A stretch of 29,086 nucleotides of DNA from a virus. Taxonomy: Duplodnaviria > Caudoviricetes. The stretch is taken from the IMG/VR virus record IMGVR_UViG_3300032303_001470, positions 1 through 29,086 of that record. The stretch is one strand, 5' to 3'. Positions 24,203 through 29,086 of this stretch are shown one piece after another. The notes below the pieces were generated by a model. The model did no database searches and had not been told where the DNA came from. It saw only the letters and a list, made by a program, of their open reading frames with translations. The position numbers were made by a program, and so were the translations under genes. Each line of letters opens with the position of its first letter. The first letter of the stretch is position 1.

Positions 24203-24590
24203 TTTTTTCCCCATCTTTTAAACTATCTAATATAAAAAGCATTTTATCTAAATCTATTTTTGGTAAATTATATATATCGACTGGCCTTGTGGTATTTTTT
24301 TGTATTTCACCATTAACAGCCTCTGCGACATAAAACTTATTGTCAGACACCCAATATGCTTTATTACCTAAAACAATAACTTTAATCATACTACTTTCTC
24401 TACGTTTTGTCAACTGTGTAGAGTTATCTTTATTTGTTAAAGAAATTGAAAAAAAATGTTTTAATAAGTTATGAACATCGCTTTGACAAAAAAAAGTTTT
24501 TGATATTCTTTTTTTTTCTTTTTTCTTTCTTATATTAATTATAGAGCAAATGACTAAGATTGTCAACAATGCTATTATTAATTCTTGCAT
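24174..24590 (-). CDS. membrane-anchored hypothetical protein
   Basis: N-terminal TM followed by Lys run; AYWV.DN.FY.A. Confidence 0.75.
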   Translation of the reverse strand: MQELIIALLTILVICSIINIRKKKEKKRISKTFFCQSDVHNLLKHFFSISLTNKDNSTQLTKRRESSMIKVIVLGNKAYWVSDNKFYVAEAVNGEIQKNTTRPVDIYNLPKIDLDKMLFILDSLKDGEKNDRGSAGYN

Positions 24591-24602
24591 GTTTAAAATA
24601 TT

Positions 24603-24776
24603 CTATTTTTTATCTGCAACGGCTTTGTTATTTGTTTTTAAATTTGCAACATTTTCAAGTATGCTAATCCTATTTAACTTTATTTGTAATTGTAATAAAT
24701 TAAATTCAAGATCTGTGCTTTTTTGTTTATAAAAAATAACTAATTGTTTTATTTCTTCTAAAGTTAAATCTTCCAT
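24603..24776 (-). CDS. 57-aa coiled-coil protein, not in ORF track
   Basis: MEDLTLEEIKQLVIFYKQKSTDLEFNLLQLQIKLN...; AAAGGA SD. Confidence 0.75.
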   Translation of the reverse strand: MEDLTLEEIKQLVIFYKQKSTDLEFNLLQLQIKLNRISILENVANLKTNNKAVADKK

Positions 24777-24778
24777 TT

Positions 24779-25150
24779 TTATCCTTTTCTAAAATTAAAT
24801 GGGCTATTTGCCCAAATCTTTTCTACTTGCTTTTTTTCTCTTTCTACAATTGCACGGCTCCATGAAAATCCTGCATCCCCACCCCAGGCATCCCACATGA
24901 TTCTACCGTTAGACGGAAACTCTGGACCATCATAAAAACCTTTGCCTTTTTTATCTACTTCATGACGGGAAAAGAAAGAAAACATTCTTTTAACAGTACT
25001 AAGAGACATTGCTGATCCATTTACAATATCAGTTGCACGACCCCAACCTACAGGAGTTCCTGCGCCAGTTGCCTTGCCATCTTCTTTCCACTTTAATGCA
25101 CGACGGGCAGCAGCCTTCATACCAGAAGTAGGGGTATATGTATCAGCCAT
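24779..25150 (-). CDS. conserved phage protein (possible head-associated domain)
   Basis: GT.VG..RA, TVKRM.SFFSRH, WD.WGGDAG..W. Confidence 0.75.
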   Translation of the reverse strand: MADTYTPTSGMKAAARRALKWKEDGKATGAGTPVGWGRATDIVNGSAMSLSTVKRMFSFFSRHEVDKKGKGFYDGPEFPSNGRIMWDAWGGDAGFSWSRAIVEREKKQVEKIWANSPFNFRKG

Positions 25151-25253
25151 TCTTCTTATCCCGTTTTTGTTGTTTAGCAACACGTTTTTCTTTAAGAGTC
25201 ATCTTAGGCTCTTTTTTTGTATTAGCATTAGCCTTTTGTTCTTTATTTGCCAT
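25143..25253 (-). CDS. 36-aa highly basic peptide, not in ORF track
   Basis: MANKEQKANANTKKEPKMTLKEKRVAKQQKRDKKNG; AAGGGG SD. Confidence 0.7.
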   Translation of the reverse strand: MANKEQKANANTKKEPKMTLKEKRVAKQQKRDKKNG

Positions 25254-25257
25254 TTAT

Positions 25258-25401
25258 TTACCCCTTTTTTATTTTTGGATATGGACCAAGATCTGCTTTA
25301 ATTGTACCGTCTTTTCTTAGTCTAACAATTCTGCCATTTTTAATTTGTAAAGAATTAAAAGCGTTGTTTTTAAAATAAGAACCAGAAGATCTATTAGCCA
25401 T
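25258..25401 (-). CDS. 47-aa basic peptide, not in ORF track
   Basis: MANRSSGSYFKNNAFNSLQIKNGRIVRLRKDGTIKADLGPYPKIKKG; TAATG coupling. Confidence 0.7.
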   Translation of the reverse strand: MANRSSGSYFKNNAFNSLQIKNGRIVRLRKDGTIKADLGPYPKIKKG

Positions 25402-26198
25402 TATTTTTCAAACCTTAGAGGATTAAAGGATCCATCCCAAATACTTTTTGTTGTAGATTGTGACTCTGATTTATACGTACCACCACGACGCTTATATTCT
25501 TGAACTACCCAAGAGTTAGCAACTGCAGATGGATAAACATCAAATTTATCTTTTGCTGCTTGAACAACTCTTGCATAAAGTTTAGGGTTTGAAGGAGTTG
25601 ATCCACCCCTACGTGGTTTAATCATTTCACCATAGTTAGGCTTTTTTGCTTTTTCCATTTCATCTTCCATTTCTTGTGATTTTCCAATTGATGAATCATA
25701 CATTGCTATTGCAACTTCAGTATTCATAGCCTCATTATTTTGAAGGTCTGGAATAAACAATGGTTCAATCTTTGTTACCATTGAAGATTTTACACCAATT
25801 AAATTTTCAGTTTCATCCCATCCATAACCTTCTTCAAACTCAAGAATACGAACTAAAACTACTGGTTCTTCTGTTGAGGCTTTTAAAGAATAATCAGAAT
25901 ACTCTATTCCAAACATACCATCTGTCATTACATATTGAATAATTCCAACATAAACTTCATCTTCACCAGATGCAATAACAAAATCACCTTCTTTTGGCAT
26001 TGATTTTTCTATAATAGAAATAAATTTTTGTGCAGTACTAGCATAAATAGCACGAGCCTGTGCTTGTGCCTGTGCTTTTGTTGGATGGCATCCATGAACT
26101 GTTCCATCTGCGCTTACTGTTGGAAATCCATTGCATCCATAAGAGCCTTTGGCTCCTGCATGATATCCTCCTGCTGGCTTTCCATTTCCTGCTGGCAT
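25401..26198 (-). CDS. multi-domain hypothetical phage protein
   Basis: GGAGG SD; N-terminal GCH.T...A..Q module, acidic middle, C-terminal YPSA.AN.W...EYKRRGG module. Confidence 0.8.
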   Translation of the reverse strand: MPAGNGKPAGGYHAGAKGSYGCNGFPTVSADGTVHGCHPTKAQAQAQARAIYASTAQKFISIIEKSMPKEGDFVIASGEDEVYVGIIQYVMTDGMFGIEYSDYSLKASTEEPVVLVRILEFEEGYGWDETENLIGVKSSMVTKIEPLFIPDLQNNEAMNTEVAIAMYDSSIGKSQEMEDEMEKAKKPNYGEMIKPRRGGSTPSNPKLYARVVQAAKDKFDVYPSAVANSWVVQEYKRRGGTYKSESQSTTKSIWDGSFNPLRFEK

Positions 26199-26236
26199 AA
26201 TAAACCTCCTAGGCTATATAACGATTATATCAGAGT

Positions 26237-26566
26237 TTAAAGTTTTAAAAGTCTAATAACTTCAAAAAGGTTCCAACGATCTTCTTTAGACAATTCATTA
26301 ACAAGATCTTGATTTATTGCCTTTTCTGTTAACGTAATTACTGGGTCTTTAGCAAAAAAATCGAGATTTATAAAGCCTTTTTCCCACAATCTCATAATAT
26401 TTGTATTTATATCATTTAAATGTTGATGATAAAGATCAGGCATTAATTTTTGTATTTTTGGAGTAAAAGCATAAAGTAATTCACCAGTTTCTTCATCTAC
26501 AGCAACGGCTTCAACACCTCCATCAAGAATCAGTTTTTCAATTAATTCATCATCATATCTACTCAT
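26237..26566 (-). CDS. hypothetical protein
   Basis: 109 aa, overlaps thioredoxin stop. Confidence 0.8.
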   Translation of the reverse strand: MSRYDDELIEKLILDGGVEAVAVDEETGELLYAFTPKIQKLMPDLYHQHLNDINTNIMRLWEKGFINLDFFAKDPVITLTEKAINQDLVNELSKEDRWNLFEVIRLLKL

Positions 26567-26810
26567 TTTTAATAAATTTTTCTAATTCATCTTTTGTTTT
26601 TGCACCACTTATACGATTTAATTCTTTACTATTTTCAAATAAAATAAAAGTAGGAACTGATTTAATTTCAAACTGTTTAATTAATTCTTTTTCATAGTCA
26701 ACATCTATCATTTGAAAATTAAAACCTTCTCTTTTCATATCCTCAACAATTGGTCTAACTTTTTTACAAGGATTACACCACTCTGCTGTAAAATAAAATA
26801 TGTTTTTCAT
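26559..26810 (-). CDS. thioredoxin
   Basis: F.A.WCNPC, IDVD, I.SVPTF. Confidence 0.9.
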   Translation of the reverse strand: MKNIFYFTAEWCNPCKKVRPIVEDMKREGFNFQMIDVDYEKELIKQFEIKSVPTFILFENSKELNRISGAKTKDELEKFIKNE

Positions 26811-27214
26811 TTTCCAGACTTTGCTCTAGCCTTTTTTAATACTTCAAAATCTTTAATTTTTGTTTCACCAAGATATCCCCAAGCATATCCATCATTAATC
26901 ATTTTATCGTTTAATGATTCTGTATCACCATTTACGTATATCCAACCAAGAATTCGACCATACTTTTCTGATGAATTCATTTTTTCAGTTTTAATTACAA
27001 CAGACTTAACATCTTTAAGATGTTTTTTTAAATAATCTTTAGACTCAAGACCAAGAACTTTTTCTGCTTTATCTGTTGTTCTTGATTCTGGAGTATCAAT
27101 ACCAGCCAAACGAACACGAGATGAAAATAAAATATCAAATCCTAAATCAATAATAACATCAATGGTATCTCCATCAACAACATTCTTTACTTCTTTTACA
27201 AAATACTCATACAT
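26807..27214 (-). CDS. thermonuclease (SNase-like) family protein
   Basis: VVDGDTID, RVRLAGIDTPE, KYGRILG. Confidence 0.9.
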   Translation of the reverse strand: MYEYFVKEVKNVVDGDTIDVIIDLGFDILFSSRVRLAGIDTPESRTTDKAEKVLGLESKDYLKKHLKDVKSVVIKTEKMNSSEKYGRILGWIYVNGDTESLNDKMINDGYAWGYLGETKIKDFEVLKKARAKSGK

Positions 27215-27525
27215 TATATTGCTCCAATTGTTTTGTTTTCTATTAGTTTTTCACGTTCATCAATAACTTCTAACATGAAAGACATCATTTTTTTATATGA
27301 TTCTGGGTTATTCATTATTTTTTCATAATGATGATTGCAAAACATTAATTCTCCAGAAGCACCTTTTACTTTAATTAATGCTTGTGCTAAGCATTTATCA
27401 CATCTATCTTTTGCATCTAGTTTCCATTGTTTTGGCTTTGTACTAAGATCATCTTTAATAACACTGCTCATAGTTCTATTATACATCCAATTACTTCTTT
27501 CTATTTTCGGTTGAGTAAAATCCAT
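27214..27525 (-). CDS. zinc-binding hypothetical protein
   Basis: DRCDKC...L.FC.HH; true start probably a downstream ATG. Confidence 0.7.
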   Translation of the reverse strand: MDFTQPKIERSNWMYNRTMSSVIKDDLSTKPKQWKLDAKDRCDKCLAQALIKVKGASGELMFCNHHYEKIMNNPESYKKMMSFMLEVIDEREKLIENKTIGAI

Positions 27526-27676
27526 TTCCGTTAAAAATTGTACCTAAATTTGAAAATACACGAACCATTTTGTTATTGCAAATTTCACAGTTATATCCTG
27601 GATCTATGTCTTTTATAGATCTTTCTTTAATAAATCTTTTTGCACAAGACATACAATCATATTCATACAATGGCAT
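27491..27676 (-). CDS. FmdB family zinc-ribbon protein
   Basis: MP.YEY.C..C ... C..C...M.R ... F.G.GFY.T. Confidence 0.85.
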   Translation of the reverse strand: MPLYEYDCMSCAKRFIKERSIKDIDPGYNCEICNNKMVRVFSNLGTIFNGNGFYSTENRKK

Positions 27677-27877
27677 TTATTTAATTTTCTTTCCAAATTT
27701 AGCCCAAACTCTTTCATGAAAAAAATATCCCAATGCTTCCCAACCAATATAAATTAAAGCGCCAAGACTTGCATACTCCCACTCTCCAGTGAAAAGATAT
27801 ATAACTCCAGCAACGCCAACAAGATGAAATGTTTCCCAACTTAATGTTTTAAGCAAAGTTCTTTTAGTTGATTCCAA
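27677..27877 (-). CDS. DUF2061-like membrane protein
   Basis: TTG start after AGGAGG; ES.KR.LLKT.SW ... YF.HER.W. Confidence 0.75.
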   Translation of the reverse strand: MESTKRTLLKTLSWETFHLVGVAGVIYLFTGEWEYASLGALIYIGWEALGYFFHERVWAKFGKKIK

Positions 27878-27894
27878 AGTTTCCTCCTAATAAA

Positions 27895-27927
27895 GGACAG
27901 TTTATTTAAAGACATGTCCAGGTCTCT
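27895..27927 (-). ncRNA. H-type pseudoknot motif, copy 6
   Basis: - strand: P1 AGAGAC/GTCTTT, CT, P2 GGACA/TGTCC, loop AAATAAAC; begins 6 nt after TATAAT (27934-27939). Confidence 0.75.
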
Positions 27928-27948
27928 TATTCTATTATATACTAACTA

Positions 27949-28377
27949 CTATTTTTTAGCAACTTTAATATCAATAGATTTTGGTTTTTTGTCTTCAGGA
28001 ACAATGCGATCAATACTAATATGAAGCATTCCATCCTTTAGATCAGCACCAGTAACTTCCATGTATTCACCAAGAGCAAATGATCGTGTAAATTTACGAC
28101 CTGCAATTCCCTTATGAACAATTTCAGCATCAATTACTTCAATAATTTCACCTTTAATAATAAGTGTTCCATTATCTACTGAAACATCAATATTATCTTT
28201 TGTAAACCCTGCGACTGCAATAGACAATCTATATGTATCTTCATCTAGTTTAAGAAGATCATATGGAGGGTATGACTGTGAATTTGTTTTATGTGCTGTA
28301 TTTAGACGGCCTAACTCTCTGTTAAAGCCAATAAAAAATGGATCATTAAATAGATCCATTGCGAACTGTGTTACCAT
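27949..28377 (-). CDS. hsp20: Hsp20/IbpA small heat-shock protein
   Basis: YPPY, AVAGF, HKGIA.R.F.R.F.L, A.LKDGML.I, PE.KKP..I.I. Confidence 0.92.
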   Translation of the reverse strand: MVTQFAMDLFNDPFFIGFNRELGRLNTAHKTNSQSYPPYDLLKLDEDTYRLSIAVAGFTKDNIDVSVDNGTLIIKGEIIEVIDAEIVHKGIAGRKFTRSFALGEYMEVTGADLKDGMLHISIDRIVPEDKKPKSIDIKVAKK

Positions 28378-28378
28378 T

Positions 28379-28429
28379 TTATTCCCCTTTCAAGCGAATA
28401 AGTTAATGTATCCCCCGTAGGCAGATACA
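28379..28429 (-). promoter_or_regulatory. ROSE-like RNA thermometer leader of hsp20
   Basis: UUAUUC-G-CUU-GAAA-GGG-GAAUAA hairpin hides SD; upstream cUACGg hairpin; TGATATAAT at 28435-28443. Confidence 0.6.
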
Positions 28430-28452
28430 ATACTATTATATCAAACTTTTAG

Positions 28453-28524
28453 TACCCCCAAGGGGAATTGAACCCCTGTTGCCACCGTGAAAGGGTGGTG
28501 TCATAACCACTAGACCATGAGGGC
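28453..28524 (-). tRNA. tRNA-Glu(TTC)
   Basis: GCCCTCA/TGGGGGT acceptor, CCACC-CTTTCAC-GGTGG anticodon arm, GTTCAAT T-loop. Confidence 0.95.
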
Positions 28525-28525
28525 A

Positions 28526-28599
28526 TGGAGCGGATAGCGGGAATCGAACCCACACATTAACCTTGGCAAGGTTACGCACTACCACTATGCAATATCCGC
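28526..28599 (-). tRNA. tRNA-Gly(GCC), CCA encoded
   Basis: GCGGATA/TATCCGC acceptor, TAACC-TTGCCAA-GGTTA arm, GTTCGAT, ends TCCA. Confidence 0.95.
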
Positions 28600-28611
28600 A
28601 AAAACATTATT

Positions 28612-29085
28612 TTAAATTTGTCCCCACACGTAAGGTGCAAGTTTTTCATAAAAGTAATCCTCATCAAATCCGTAAGTCTGCATTAGTAAAAATGACATAT
28701 CAGAATTTGACTGAATATTTTTTGTGAACTCTACAAACTTATCAAATCCATAAAGTGCTACCAAGACTTCAGTCGCCAATCCCCCCACCCAATAAGAAGT
28801 ATTTGCAATTGATTGATCTGATGAAGGAGTAAGCATTTTCATTCTACTCTTGAATTTTTCCAAGTTTCTTGACTCAAAATCAGATTTTGCCTCAGCGGGT
28901 AAATTTTTATATAAACTTGAAAGCCAATAATATCTTTCACTCAAATTTGGATCAGTTGGATAAAATCCTAATGTCCAACCAAAATAACTTGCTGAACCTT
29001 CTGTGTACCAACGAAGCATGTGGGCATTTCGTCCACCGTAACCCATTTGAAATAAATGCGTATACTCATGTGGTCCTGTTTGTTT
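28612..29085 (-). CDS. gluzincin-like metallopeptidase domain (5' partial)
   Basis: Frame open to window edge and adds GPHEYTHLFQ (HExxH) ahead of WYTEGSA. Confidence 0.65.
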   Translation of the reverse strand, partial: KQTGPHEYTHLFQMGYGGRNAHMLRWYTEGSASYFGWTLGFYPTDPNLSERYYWLSSLYKNLPAEAKSDFESRNLEKFKSRMKMLTPSSDQSIANTSYWVGGLATEVLVALYGFDKFVEFTKNIQSNSDMSFLLMQTYGFDEDYFYEKLAPYVWGQI

Positions 29086-29086
29086 A

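Noticed and set aside
21061-27035. + strand ORFs 21061, 22049, 23404, 24550, 25074, 25138, 25760, 26028, 26712
   Set aside because: Antisense shadows of a fully tiled - strand block
1-29086. Stop-codon reassignment
   Set aside because: Genes tile densely under the standard code; all three stops end coupled genes; no suppressor tRNA seen

Overview
AT-rich segment of a large tailed phage that very probably infects an actinobacterium (WhiB gene, leaderless SigA-type promoters, actinobacterial-style operator boxes). Layout: (i) 1-8640, a + strand early-like region of small genes (gp88-like Fe-S protein, DUF932 protein, several paralog pairs, tRNA-Asp) separated by dense regulatory spacers; (ii) 8640-13800, repeat-rich spacers alternating with single-gene leaderless cassettes (two 2OG-Fe(II) oxygenases, sulfotransferase, Dps, HAD phosphatase); (iii) 13811-20909, a glycan-modification cluster; (iv) 20958-29086, a - strand block (holin-like, APS kinase fusion, WhiB, thioredoxin, thermonuclease, Hsp20, tRNA-Glu, tRNA-Gly, partial metallopeptidase). 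The most striking signals are non-coding: six dispersed copies of a ~30-nt H-type pseudoknot with compensatory changes in both stems; five TGTCWG-N10-TANNNT promoters resembling the actinobacterial PafBC (-26) element; spacers carrying CRP-, LexA- and DnaA-like boxes; a recurring CCCGAG hexamer in spacers; and an origin/terminus-like CAAACCT array with an ORF-less consensus promoter. All family calls come from motif recognition by eye, not from database searches.
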